From positions 1-42,357 of the forward strand of contig JAOTTJ010000002.1 of assembly GCA_029864465.1 (NCBI GenBank): DNA of 42,357 nt, written 5' to 3'. The stretch's first letter is position 1, and each line of letters begins with the position of its first letter. A program made the translations under genes and the position numbers. Below, piece by piece: positions 34,188 through 42,357 of the stretch. The DNA comes from Gammaproteobacteria bacterium (GTDB lineage: Bacteria > Pseudomonadota > Gammaproteobacteria > Steroidobacterales > Rariloculaceae). The notes beneath the pieces are model-generated. The model saw only the letters and a list, made by a program, of their open reading frames with translations. It was not told where the DNA came from and did no database searches.

Positions 34188-34225
34188 GGCAATCGCTGAG
34201 GGGGAGTCAGCGATCGCCGTTTTCG
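34188..34225 (+). terminator. Rho-independent-type terminator for the dienelactone hydrolase gene
   Basis: A 12-bp stem pairs ggcaatcgctga with tcagcgatcgcc (one mismatch) around a G-rich loop, followed by GTTTTC. Confidence 0.5.
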
Positions 34226-34246
34226 GAGATACCTATCGGTAAACCG

Positions 34247-34525
34247 TTAACCCCGATGCAACTCGCGTGCGATCGCGAGTCGAAATTGGGGCGCCTGCGC
34301 CTCACGTAGGCGTTGGCGCCGTGCATCCTCGATAGCTACTTCGACGCTGCGAACGTAGGCGGCCATCTCGGCTTCGAAATTCGCCCGTTGCGCGCGCGCT
34401 GCTGCTGAGGTCTCGTGGACAGTGATTTCCTCCAAGGGCTCGGCTTGCGCGGTGGCGCCCATTCCCAGGATCAGCGCGGCTGCTGCCAACGCGCCCCAGT
34501 TCCTGTTAATGCCTGTCGTATTCAT
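34247..34525 (-). CDS. Hypothetical small secreted protein (92 aa) expressed from a sigma54 promoter
   Basis: AAGGA lies ~9 nt upstream of ATG 34525. The signal peptide is MNTTGINRNWGALAAAALILGMGATAQA. The mature ~64 aa are helical and charged. I recognise no family. Confidence 0.65.
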   Translation of the reverse strand: MNTTGINRNWGALAAAALILGMGATAQAEPLEEITVHETSAAARAQRANFEAEMAAYVRSVEVAIEDARRQRLREAQAPQFRLAIARELHRG

Positions 34526-34598
34526 CTTTGTAATCCTTTACATTGACGGGATTCCGATATCGTGACCATCACGTGCCGGAATCGCTGTGTCTCTCACT

Positions 34599-34616
34599 AT
34601 GCACATGGCGTGCCAA
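34599..34616 (-). promoter_or_regulatory. Sigma54 (-24/-12) promoter reading toward the 34525 gene
   Basis: The minus strand reads TTGGCACGCCATGTGCAT, that is TGGCACG-N4-GTGCA, with GG and GC correctly spaced. It lies ~65-75 nt upstream of ATG 34525. Confidence 0.7.
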
Positions 34617-34660
34617 GTATAAAATCACTGATTTTCAGCCTCTTACAGCCGATCTTTGTC

Positions 34661-34715
34661 ACGGTAAACCGTTAAATTCACGGAAAACCGTTGCCTAATA
34701 ACACGGAAATCCGTA
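34661..34715. promoter_or_regulatory. Array of three palindromic ACGG-N5-CCGT sites, a candidate enhancer (UAS) for the adjacent sigma54 activator
   Basis: The sites are acggtaaaccgt (34661-34672), acggaaaaccgt (34680-34691) and acggaaatccgt (34703-34714), spaced 19 and 23 bp apart. They lie ~50-110 bp upstream of the minus-strand sigma54 promoter and directly upstream of the EBP start (34726). Confidence 0.5.
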
Positions 34716-34725
34716 AACTTCGCAC

Positions 34726-36570
34726 ATGTCAGCGACCGATCGATACCAACAATTTTTCCGCCGCAGCCCGGCGCTGCTCGTGGCGCTCGATCGAGACGGG
34801 TATTTCGTCGACGCAACCGACGCGTGGCTCGAGCGGTTCGGCTATGTCCGCGACGAGATCGATGGCCTTCGGCCGCAGGATCTGGCCAGTGAGGCGTCCC
34901 TAAGGCGTATTGTCGAGGACTACTTGCCGCTGCTGCGCCGGGCAGGCCAGTTGAGCCGCGTGCCTGTTGATCTGCTGACGAAAACGGGGGAACGGGTCGG
35001 CTGCCTCGCGAGCGCCGTGATCGAACGCAGCGCAGACGGGGAGCACATTGGGACACTGGTCGGCTACGCTGAGCTCGGTGAGGAAGCTGATCTGGAGAAG
35101 AATTTCACGGGTCTATACCGCGACACGCCAGCGATGCTGCACGCGGTGGACCGCAATGGCCGCATCGTGCACGTCAACGAGCGCTGGCTCATGAAACTGG
35201 GCTACCGCCGCGAGGAAGTCGTCGGCCGCCTCGTGACGGATTTCATGTCGGCAGACGGGCGAGCACCGGACGAGCAGTCCGTCAGCGACATCATTTCACA
35301 GGGCGAGCTCGACAACGAGCCGCGCAGCTACGTTAAGAAGAACGGGGAGATACTCGAGGCGCTCGTCTCCGCGCGTGCCGATCGTGATAAAGCCGGGCAG
35401 GTGACGTTCATGTATGTAGCGATCAAGGACGTCACGGACCGCAATAACGCCGAGCGCCAGCTCCGGGCAGCGTTCGAGGAAAACGCGCGACTGCGCGAGG
35501 AGCTCGAGCGGGAGCGCGACTACCTGCGCGAGGAAGTGCAGGTGTCGATGAATTTCGGCCGTATCGTGGGCGAAAGCCCGGTCCTCAAAAAGATGCTTGC
35601 GCAGCTCGAGGCCGTCGCCCAGACGTCTGCGAGCGTGCTCATTCACGGGGAGTCAGGCGTTGGCAAGGAACTCGTCGCACACGCGCTGCACAGCCGCAGC
35701 CCGCGTGCCGACGGGCCACTCGTCAAGGTCAACTGCGCGTCGATTCCGCGAGAGCTGTTCGAGAGCGAGTTCTTTGGTCACGTCAGGGGTGCATTCACGG
35801 GGGCGCATCGAGATCGCGTCGGGCGCTTCGAGCTTGCCCACGGCGGCACGCTGTTCCTCGACGAGATAGGCGAAATCCCCGTCGAGTTGCAGGGCAAGCT
35901 GTTGCGCGTGCTGCAGGAAGGCGAGTACGAGCGTATCGGTGACGATCGGACGCGCAGCGTTGATGTTCGGCTCGTCGCCGCTACGAACAGGGATCTCGAG
36001 GCGCTCGTCAAACAGGGCGGTTTTCGTGAAGATCTCTTCTACCGGCTCAGCGTTTTCCCGATCCAGGTCCCTGCGTTGCGCGAGCGCGGCGATGATGTCG
36101 TTCAGCTCGCAAGCCACTTCGTCGACCGCGTCTGCAAGGATTTCGGCAGGGCGCCGCTGCGTTTGTCGAAACAGCAGGTGGAGCTGCTGAAGAGCTATGC
36201 GTGGCCGGGAAACATCCGCGAGCTCAAGAACGTGATCGAACGCGCCGTGATTCTATCGAGCGGCAAAGTGCTGCGCCTCGATCTCGCTATGGCAGATATT
36301 GCGAGCACGGCCGGGGCAGCACGGCACGATGCTGACGAGACCGGGCCGGATATCATGACCGAGAAGGAGCTGCTGGCATTGCAGAAAGAAAACATGCTTG
36401 CTGCGTTGGAAATTGCTGATTGGCGAGTCTCGGGGCCAAACGGCGCTGCGACGCTCGTCGGCTTGAAGCCCACGACTTTCACGGACCGCATGAGGAAGTT
36501 CAGGCTGAGCAAGCCTCGGCGCAGCTCCGTTCGCGCCGCATCGTCGAGGCCGCTGTCCTCGGCAGACTGA
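34726..36570 (+). CDS. Sigma54-dependent transcriptional activator with two N-terminal PAS domains (614 aa)
   Basis: The PAS-like segments are [25 protein letters not shown] and [25 protein letters not shown]. The AAA+ core has [23 protein letters not shown] and [10 protein letters not shown]. The C-terminal Fis-type HTH is [19 protein letters not shown]. Confidence 0.92.
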   Translation: MSATDRYQQFFRRSPALLVALDRDGYFVDATDAWLERFGYVRDEIDGLRPQDLASEASLRRIVEDYLPLLRRAGQLSRVPVDLLTKTGERVGCLASAVIERSADGEHIGTLVGYAELGEEADLEKNFTGLYRDTPAMLHAVDRNGRIVHVNERWLMKLGYRREEVVGRLVTDFMSADGRAPDEQSVSDIISQGELDNEPRSYVKKNGEILEALVSARADRDKAGQVTFMYVAIKDVTDRNNAERQLRAAFEENARLREELERERDYLREEVQVSMNFGRIVGESPVLKKMLAQLEAVAQTSASVLIHGESGVGKELVAHALHSRSPRADGPLVKVNCASIPRELFESEFFGHVRGAFTGAHRDRVGRFELAHGGTLFLDEIGEIPVELQGKLLRVLQEGEYERIGDDRTRSVDVRLVAATNRDLEALVKQGGFREDLFYRLSVFPIQVPALRERGDDVVQLASHFVDRVCKDFGRAPLRLSKQQVELLKSYAWPGNIRELKNVIERAVILSSGKVLRLDLAMADIASTAGAARHDADETGPDIMTEKELLALQKENMLAALEIADWRVSGPNGAATLVGLKPTTFTDRMRKFRLSKPRRSSVRAASSRPLSSAD

Positions 36571-36754
36571 TTATCGAGGTGCGCGTCCTGTCAGGGTAGA
36601 AATAATCGGGCGCCGAATCGAACACTTGCGAGGCCTTCCGATAATTTGGTATATCTTACCCAGCTAAACGCGAATCCTCGGCGGAAACGAAGTGATCGCG
36701 TCTAGCCCGAACGTTCCGATTCGCCATATAACAACAAGAAAGGCTGCTCGTTCT

Positions 36755-37123
36755 ATGTCCTATCTCGCAGAGCGCTTCCAGGCCGCGGTCACGGTGCTTG
36801 TCGGCGACGGAGCCATCAAGGAGCGGCTCGCGGCCGCCTACGTCGAGAATCTCGACGATTTGGAAGACACCGAATTCCCTGCAACGCTGAGGCAAGCATT
36901 CTCGGATCTGGAGCTCGCGTTGCATGCTGAGCATCCAATCGGCCGTGAGCCGTGCGTGCGCGCTACGGTCCGTAAGATGTCCAGCAACGAAGCGCGCGCC
37001 CATGCCAATACCATCGTCATGCTCTACGCCGAGCTCGTGCGCCACAGTGATCGAGCCGAGCCGCTCCGGGTCGTTCCATCCGGCCGGAAGAAGCCACCGA
37101 AGTTCCTGTCCGAGGGCGGCTGA
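36755..37123 (+). CDS. Hypothetical helical protein (122 aa)
   Basis: ATG 36755 is preferred because the upstream extension from GTG 36692 has A/T-rich third positions. I recognise no family. Confidence 0.6.
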   Translation: MSYLAERFQAAVTVLVGDGAIKERLAAAYVENLDDLEDTEFPATLRQAFSDLELALHAEHPIGREPCVRATVRKMSSNEARAHANTIVMLYAELVRHSDRAEPLRVVPSGRKKPPKFLSEGG

Positions 37124-37215
37124 GCCCCTTCAATTCCAAGGCCTCGAGGCACGAAAACTCGGGGCTTTGCGACGTTCGTCAAGGATTTATGTCCACTGCT
37201 CGGGCATAGTCACTA

Positions 37216-39468
37216 ATGGGCATCTTTAGCACTAGCGACTCCATGACAGACCCTTCCGATAACGAGGCGACCGAGGTTCCTGAAGCGCCGAGTGCGGCAG
37301 GGATCTATGCGCCCTACGGCCAGCTCATCAAGATGCTGCTGCCGCGTTGCGGGGGCATCGCCTTCTACAGCCCGGAAAAGGAGTTGTTGTGGTGCTCTGA
37401 CGGATGCGAGCGGCCCGACCTCAAGGTCGTGCTCGACGATCTGCCGACCGACGGTTCGGAGCGAATGTCCGGTGGCGGGGCGATACGCAGTTTGAGCGGT
37501 GACGGTGCAGCGTTCGTCTACATCCTGCGTGGCCAAGCCGGTGAAAATCTCGGGACGCTCGTCGTGGAAATCGGCGACGGTCAGCGCCAGACGAGCGGCT
37601 CGATGGTCGCTAGCCTCTTGCGGCCCGTGCTCGACTGTCTGGAGAATCGCGTCGACGTCGAGTCCACTCGGGCATCTGCGCAGATCCCGAGCGTCGATGC
37701 GACTCAGACGCTTCAGCTACAACTTCTGATTGGTGCCGACAGCGCCGGCGGGCCGCGCGCCGACAGACTCGAGTATCTCGTCAAGCAATGCGTCAAACAT
37801 CTCGATTGCGTGCTGGGCGCATTGTTGATACCCGATAGAAACCTCACGATCTGCCGCACGGCTGAGGGCACTGCGACAGCCGAGGGCGAGCAGGTCCTGT
37901 CGAAGACGCACAAGCACTTGCTGGCCTGGATTCAGCTCAACAACAAGCCGATGGTCGTCAACCGGATCATGCCCGACGCGGCGGCCAAGAGTGTGCCGCC
38001 CTACAAGATTCTCTCCTGCCCTGTGCACGACGTTAACGGACGTGTCATCGGTCTTTTTGGGCTGTTCCGGGCGGCCGGCGGGCCAGACTTCGAGCAGACA
38101 GACGTGAGTATCTTGGAGCTGATGAGTCGCAAGGCCGTCAATATGCTCGGCAATCGCTACGACAGCCTGACGGGCTTGCTGAATCGCTATGCCTTCGAGC
38201 ATGACGCTCGGGAGGAATTGGAGAACAAGAGTGGTGACGGCGAGACGGCGGCCGCGCTGCTCTATATCGACATCGATGGCCTCAATGTCGTCAACGGTGC
38301 GTTCGGGTTTCACGCGGGTGACGAGATCATTCAGCGCCTGGCTGTCGTGACGAAGCAGGGCGTCGATGACGACGCTATCGTCGGTCGTCTCGGCGGCGAC
38401 CGCTTCGTCGTCATGTTGCCGTCTGGACCGGCAGACAGGCCCGAGGAACTTGCAGAGAGGCTGCGTTCTGAAATGAGCCAGCTCACGTATTTGCACGGTG
38501 AGCGTGCGATGCCGGTTTCAGTGAGCATCGGTATCGGTCGGAGTGTCGGCACAAGCGAGAGCATTTCGCACTTGATCGCCGCTGCCGAGTATGCGTGCAA
38601 GCGTGCGAAGGAGCTCGGCCGCAACCGCGTCGAGATATCGCACGCCGACAATGCATTTTCTGTCGCTCATCGAAACGATGCGCTCGCGTTCGCCAGCCTG
38701 CAGAACGCGCTCAAGGCCAACCGCTTTCGGCTCGAGGTTCAGTCAATCCACAGTCTCGGCGAAGAGCCGACCGTGCTGGGCCACGAAGTGCTGATGCGCA
38801 TGCGCGAAGGCGACGGATATGTCGGTCCCGACAAATTTCTCGCTGCGGCTAAGCGTTATCATCTGATGCCCGCGCTGGATCGCTGGGTGCTCGCCGCGGC
38901 GTTGCGCAGCCTCAAGTCGGCGGCAGCGGGCCTGATCGACGAAGGCTGGATCAGCCTCAATGTGTCCAGCCAGTCGTTTCAGAGTGAGAGCTTCAGGGAG
39001 TTTCTCGTCGAGCAGCTGAGCGCTTCGGGCGTGTCACTCGAGTCGATCTGCATCGAGCTCAGGGAATCCTCCGCCGCTCACAATATGCGTGAAGCCGAGG
39101 CCCTGATCCACAGCCTGCACGAGCTCGGCGTCAAAGTCGCGCTCGATGACTTCGGCCGAGGGTTGAGCTCGCTGGCCTACCTGCGGACCCTGCCCGTCCA
39201 GTACATAAAGATTGACGGCGATCTCGTCCGGCGCGTTGCGAGTGATCGTCTCGCGGAGTCAATGGTGTTCGGCATTGCCCAGGCCGCTGCGACGCTCAAG
39301 ATCGATACGATCGCCGAGCACGTCGAAACGCAGGAGATCGCGGCAAAGCTGCGCGAGCTCGGTGTGAGTTACGGCCAGGGATACTACTTTTCGCAGCCCG
39401 TCGCGATACCGTCCGCTTACGACGAGCCCGTATCGGCAGCGGGCGCGGCGCAGGCCTCCGCGTCCTAG
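37216..39468 (+). CDS. Cytoplasmic GAF-GGDEF-EAL protein (750 aa) with a degenerate GGDEF motif
   Basis: It has a GAF-like region (LDCVLGALLIPDRNLTICRT...VIGLFGLFRA), a GGDEF domain with motif GGDRF (38392-38406), and an EAL domain (EVLMRM, DDFGRGLSSLAYL, IKIDGDLV, IAEHVET, QGYYF). Confidence 0.9.
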   Translation: MGIFSTSDSMTDPSDNEATEVPEAPSAAGIYAPYGQLIKMLLPRCGGIAFYSPEKELLWCSDGCERPDLKVVLDDLPTDGSERMSGGGAIRSLSGDGAAFVYILRGQAGENLGTLVVEIGDGQRQTSGSMVASLLRPVLDCLENRVDVESTRASAQIPSVDATQTLQLQLLIGADSAGGPRADRLEYLVKQCVKHLDCVLGALLIPDRNLTICRTAEGTATAEGEQVLSKTHKHLLAWIQLNNKPMVVNRIMPDAAAKSVPPYKILSCPVHDVNGRVIGLFGLFRAAGGPDFEQTDVSILELMSRKAVNMLGNRYDSLTGLLNRYAFEHDAREELENKSGDGETAAALLYIDIDGLNVVNGAFGFHAGDEIIQRLAVVTKQGVDDDAIVGRLGGDRFVVMLPSGPADRPEELAERLRSEMSQLTYLHGERAMPVSVSIGIGRSVGTSESISHLIAAAEYACKRAKELGRNRVEISHADNAFSVAHRNDALAFASLQNALKANRFRLEVQSIHSLGEEPTVLGHEVLMRMREGDGYVGPDKFLAAAKRYHLMPALDRWVLAAALRSLKSAAAGLIDEGWISLNVSSQSFQSESFREFLVEQLSASGVSLESICIELRESSAAHNMREAEALIHSLHELGVKVALDDFGRGLSSLAYLRTLPVQYIKIDGDLVRRVASDRLAESMVFGIAQAAATLKIDTIAEHVETQEIAAKLRELGVSYGQGYYFSQPVAIPSAYDEPVSAAGAAQASAS

Positions 39469-39543
39469 GCTAGAGTCCTGACGAAGTTTCCTCCCAGCCT
39501 CGCGGGCTGGGCACTAGCGCGGCGCTTGGGCAGAATAGGGGGC

Positions 39544-40959
39544 ATGCGCGTCGCTATCTTCGTTGTCATCGCTTCGAGCTGGGCCGGCGCGGCGGCTGCT
39601 CAGCTGCCGCCGCCGGTGCAGCGCATTCTCGACGGCCACTCGATTTCACCACAGGACATCAGCGTGTTGGTGCAGCCGGTGAGCGGCGACGAGCCGATCG
39701 TCAGTCACCTGCCTGCCGTGCCGCGAAACCCGGCCTCAACCATCAAGACCGTAACAACATGGGTCGCGTTGGACACGCTCGGGCCGACGTACTATTGGCC
39801 GACCGAGGTGTACTTTCTTGGCGAGTTCGCGGATGGCGCACTCGACGGCGACCTGGCGCTCAAGGGCTTTGGCGATCCGTATCTCGTCACCGAGGAAATC
39901 TGGAAATTGCTCCGTGCGCTGCGACGCACCGGCCTCGAGGACGTGCGGGGGGACCTCCTCATCGATGACACTTACTTCGAGCGTGTCGACGAGGACCCAG
40001 GCGCTTTCGACGGTCAGCCGTTTCGGACCTACAACGTGTTACCGAGCGCACTGCTCATCAATTTCAAAGCAGTGCGATTCCAGTTTCTGCCGGATCACGC
40101 GAACGCCGCTGTGCGCATTAGCGCTGATCCGGCGCCGACGAATCTCGACATCGATAACCGTTTGAGGCTAGTCGACGGACCGTGCCGAGGCTATCAGGCG
40201 GGCATCGCGTTTGACCTTGCCGACTTTCCAACAGGCCGCAGAGCCGTGTTTTCGGGAAATTTTCCGGCAGCGTGTGCGCCCTATTCTCTGAGCCGAACCG
40301 TTCTCGAGCACGACAGTTTTGCGTATGGGGTGTATCGGACGCTTTGGGCGGAGCTCGGCGGTCGCCATCGCGGTGGCCTTCGTCGCGGTGTGGTTCCGCA
40401 AGACACCGAGCCCGCGCTGACGTGGCGCTCGCGGCCGCTGGCCGAGATCATCAGAAGCGTCAACAAGTTCAGCAACAACGTCATGACGCGCCAGCTGCTG
40501 CATACGCTCGGAGCCGAGCGCGATGGCCCGCCAGGCACCGCGGCTGCAGGCATTGCCGTTATTCACGAGTATCTCGAGGCGCACGGAATCGAAAGCGGCG
40601 GCCTTGTCATCGACAACGGCGCGGGGTTGTCGCGCGCGACGCGAATATCCGCTGAGGCGCTCACAGGCGTGCTCCTGACGGCTGCGCGCAGCCCGCTCGC
40701 GCCGGAGTTTCTCGCCTCGCTGTCGCTAGGCGGTCTAGACGGCACGACGCGGGGCCGGTTCAACGGCCACGAGGTATCCGGGCGAATGCACGTCAAGACC
40801 GGGCGCCTCGACCACGTCTCGGCGTTAGTGGGCTTGGTCCATGCGCGCTCGGGTGTCGACTACGCGACGGTGGTCATGGTCAATTCCCCAGATGCCCACC
40901 GAGGCCCGGGCACGGAGCTTCAGGAAGCGCTCGTTCGCTGGGTCTACGAGCTACCGTGA
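39544..40959 (+). CDS. dacB: D-alanyl-D-alanine carboxypeptidase/endopeptidase, PBP4 family (471 aa)
   Basis: It has a signal peptide, the SxxK motif ASTIKT, the SxN motif FSNN and the KTG motif HVKTG. ATG 39544 follows a G-rich RBS. The track ORF starts 18 nt earlier. Confidence 0.9.
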   Translation: MRVAIFVVIASSWAGAAAAQLPPPVQRILDGHSISPQDISVLVQPVSGDEPIVSHLPAVPRNPASTIKTVTTWVALDTLGPTYYWPTEVYFLGEFADGALDGDLALKGFGDPYLVTEEIWKLLRALRRTGLEDVRGDLLIDDTYFERVDEDPGAFDGQPFRTYNVLPSALLINFKAVRFQFLPDHANAAVRISADPAPTNLDIDNRLRLVDGPCRGYQAGIAFDLADFPTGRRAVFSGNFPAACAPYSLSRTVLEHDSFAYGVYRTLWAELGGRHRGGLRRGVVPQDTEPALTWRSRPLAEIIRSVNKFSNNVMTRQLLHTLGAERDGPPGTAAAGIAVIHEYLEAHGIESGGLVIDNGAGLSRATRISAEALTGVLLTAARSPLAPEFLASLSLGGLDGTTRGRFNGHEVSGRMHVKTGRLDHVSALVGLVHARSGVDYATVVMVNSPDAHRGPGTELQEALVRWVYELP

Positions 40960-40965
40960 GAGTCC

Positions 40966-40999
40966 CTAGGACAAGGCGGTCCTAGTTCTCGGTTTTACC
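40966..40999 (+). terminator. Possible terminator after dacB
   Basis: A 7-bp stem pairs ctaggac with gtcctag around a 6-nt loop, followed by ttctcggtttt. The stem is short and the T-run interrupted, so support is weak. Confidence 0.3.
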
Positions 41000-41043
41000 T
41001 CGCAAATCTTCCTATAATCACCGCAGATTGGTGCTCACCGCAG

Positions 41044-41664
41044 ATGCTGCGGTCGGAGGTTGCCTTGCTGAACCGGAAATGTCTCATTGCGCTCATCACG
41101 ATGGCGTGGCCGACGCTGCTCTTTGCCGAGACGGCTTACGTCACAGATATTCTGCGACTCGGCCTGCATCGGGCTGAGGATACGAGCGACCAACCGTTTC
41201 GAACGCTCGTGAGCGGTACTGAGCTGGAAGTCCTCACGCGAACGACGAACTTCGCTCACGTCAGGGCGGCAGACGGCCAGGAAGGTTGGGTGAAGTCCGC
41301 CTATCTCGTCCTCGATAAGCCTGCTCAACTCAAGGTCGCGGAGACTGAAACTGAGCTTGCGGCGCTGCGCGCCGAACTCGATCGCGCGAAGATCGCTCAG
41401 CGCACGGCAGAGCAACAGCTCGACCAGGTTACACAGCAGATCGATGCAGCCGCGTCGTCGTCCGGTGCCGTTGAAGCGACGCTGAGTCGGCTGAAAGCGG
41501 AGAACGCGGACTTCGAGCAGCGCCTACAACGCTACCGCGGCAGCGTACCGATCTCGTGGATGCTCGGTGCGTTGGCTATCACGCTCGTTGCGGGCTTCGC
41601 TGGCGGCCTCGCGTGGATCGACTACACGAGTCGGCGTCGGCACGGCGGTTTCAGGATCTACTGA
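41044..41664 (+). CDS. SH3 domain protein with coiled-coil and C-terminal TM anchor (YgiM / TIGR04211-like, 206 aa)
   Basis: It has a signal peptide and an SH3b-like segment (YVTDILRLGLHRAEDTSDQPFRTLVSGTELEVLTRTTNFAHVRAADGQEGWVKSAYL), then a coiled-coil and a terminal TM helix plus RRRHGGFRIY. The length and layout match E. coli YgiM. Confidence 0.8.
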   Translation: MLRSEVALLNRKCLIALITMAWPTLLFAETAYVTDILRLGLHRAEDTSDQPFRTLVSGTELEVLTRTTNFAHVRAADGQEGWVKSAYLVLDKPAQLKVAETETELAALRAELDRAKIAQRTAEQQLDQVTQQIDAAASSSGAVEATLSRLKAENADFEQRLQRYRGSVPISWMLGALAITLVAGFAGGLAWIDYTSRRRHGGFRIY

Positions 41665-42269
41665 CGCAAGCGATGCAGAGCTTGTCTTCGGGCCCAATCG
41701 GCTAGGCGAAAGCCGAGCAAGATCGCGAGAATTCCTGCGTAGAGCACCGGCTCCGACGTATCGAGCTTGACCTGCCAGAAGAAGTGCAGCACACCCAGCG
41801 CGGCGATCGCATAAACGGTTCGATGCAGCTTGAGCCAGCGACGGCCTAGCCGCCGTTGCATTGAATTCGTCGACGTCACGGCGAGGGGGATCAGCAGCAC
41901 GACGGCCAGAAATCCGACCGTGATGAACGGTCGTTCAGTGACGTCCGCATACAACGTCGACCAGTCCATCCGCCAGTCGAGAGCCACGTAAGTCAGGGCG
42001 TGCAAGAGCGCGTAGGCAAAAGCGAGCAGCCCGAGTGAACGGCGCAGCCCGACTAGCCAGTTGAGTCCTGTGAGCCGGCGCAGCGGCGTAACGGCGAGCG
42101 TGATCAGCAGGAGGTTCAGCGCGGTCTTGCCGAGGGTATGCAGGACTTCTTGAACGGGGTTCGCGCCGAGATCGCCGATTCCGAACGCGCGCGCCACGAG
42201 GAGCGCAAAAGGCAACAAGCTTGCGGCAATCACGCCGGCCTTGAGCCATGCGAGGCGGTAGCGGGTCAT
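41658..42269 (-). CDS. msrQ: Protein-methionine-sulfoxide reductase heme-binding subunit MsrQ (YedZ, 203 aa)
   Basis: It is a six-TM ferric-reductase-like protein with TALNLLLITLAVTPLRR, conserved His residues (ALLHALTY, LHRTVY, VLHFFW), and is preceded by the msrP 3' end. Confidence 0.9.
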   Translation of the reverse strand: MTRYRLAWLKAGVIAASLLPFALLVARAFGIGDLGANPVQEVLHTLGKTALNLLLITLAVTPLRRLTGLNWLVGLRRSLGLLAFAYALLHALTYVALDWRMDWSTLYADVTERPFITVGFLAVVLLIPLAVTSTNSMQRRLGRRWLKLHRTVYAIAALGVLHFFWQVKLDTSEPVLYAGILAILLGFRLADWARRQALHRLRQ

Positions 42270-42299
42270 CGGGCCGCGCGCTCTCGGGAAAACCGGCGC

Positions 42300-42357
42300 T
42301 TAAAAATTTCGGGCGAGATCGAGGCCCGTGTAGAGGTCGGCGACTTCTTCGGCGTAA
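42300..42357 (-). CDS. msrP: 3' end of protein-methionine-sulfoxide reductase catalytic subunit MsrP (YedY); partial at the right edge
   Basis: The minus-strand frame reads ...YAEEVADLYTGLDLARNF-stop (stop at 42300-42302). This resembles the MsrP C-terminus and lies 30 nt upstream of msrQ. Only 19 codons are visible. Confidence 0.6.
   Translation of the reverse strand, partial: YAEEVADLYTGLDLARNF

Noticed and set aside
36648-36662. TGGTATATCTTACCC downstream of the EBP gene as a sigma54 promoter for the 36755 ORF.
   Set aside because: No GC lies at the -12 position. The region fits a sigma70-type TTGCGA-N18-TATATC arrangement at least as well, and even that is weak.
1-42357. A search by eye for tRNA/rRNA genes, CRISPR repeat arrays, tandem repeats, and transposase, integrase or phage genes.
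   Set aside because: I found none. Intergenic regions are short (mostly under 300 bp), and none shows a cloverleaf T-arm signature (GGTTCGAATCC-like) or regularly spaced direct repeats. A proper tRNAscan/Infernal/CRISPR-finder run would be needed to exclude them formally.

Overview
This is a high-GC, densely coding chromosomal segment that looks proteobacterial, most like a gammaproteobacterium judging by the FadE, PspFABC, GshA, YgiM and MsrPQ gene types. I can support about 45 protein genes. In order they are fadE (partial), mdh, an ECF sigma/anti-sigma pair, a complete pspF / pspA-B-C module, two GGDEF-EAL proteins, a YheT-like hydrolase, bactofilin, gshA, a ferredoxin-reductase-type flavoprotein, qor, a DASS/SLC13-type permease with four TrkA-C domains, a GFA-family protein, an ABC-2/GldG/DUF4340 operon, a double-module M16 peptidase, pip, a dihydroorotase-type amidohydrolase, a dienelactone-hydrolase lipoprotein, a PAS-containing sigma54 enhancer-binding protein, dacB, a ygiM-like SH3 protein, msrQ and the 3' end of msrP. 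By eye I found no rRNA, tRNA, CRISPR array, transposase, integrase, or recognisable phage or defence gene. Many long ORFs in the supplied track are antisense shadow frames typical of high-GC DNA. Seven observations are not explained by routine annotation. (1) Two diverged 150-nt copies of a structured repeat lie in inverted orientation around the ferredoxin-reductase gene, and their substitutions preserve base-pairing. (2) There are three good sigma54 promoters. One drives an orphan small ORF upstream of gshA. One drives a small secreted protein next to a PAS-EBP with a triple palindromic upstream site array. One lies about 300 nt upstream of pspA with an extra small ORF in between. (3) A lower-GC islet encodes a signal-peptide, glycine-zipper, Cys-rich protein translationally coupled to a tiny two-TM protein. 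(4) A tandem pair of membrane-anchored paralogs has unknown function. (5) A coupled two-gene operon of acidic helical proteins has unknown function. (6) Both GGDEF-EAL proteins carry non-canonical GGDEF motifs. (7) A compact three-way-junction structure sits in a convergent intergenic region. None of these can be called a new system from sequence alone, and all functional readings of them are inference.
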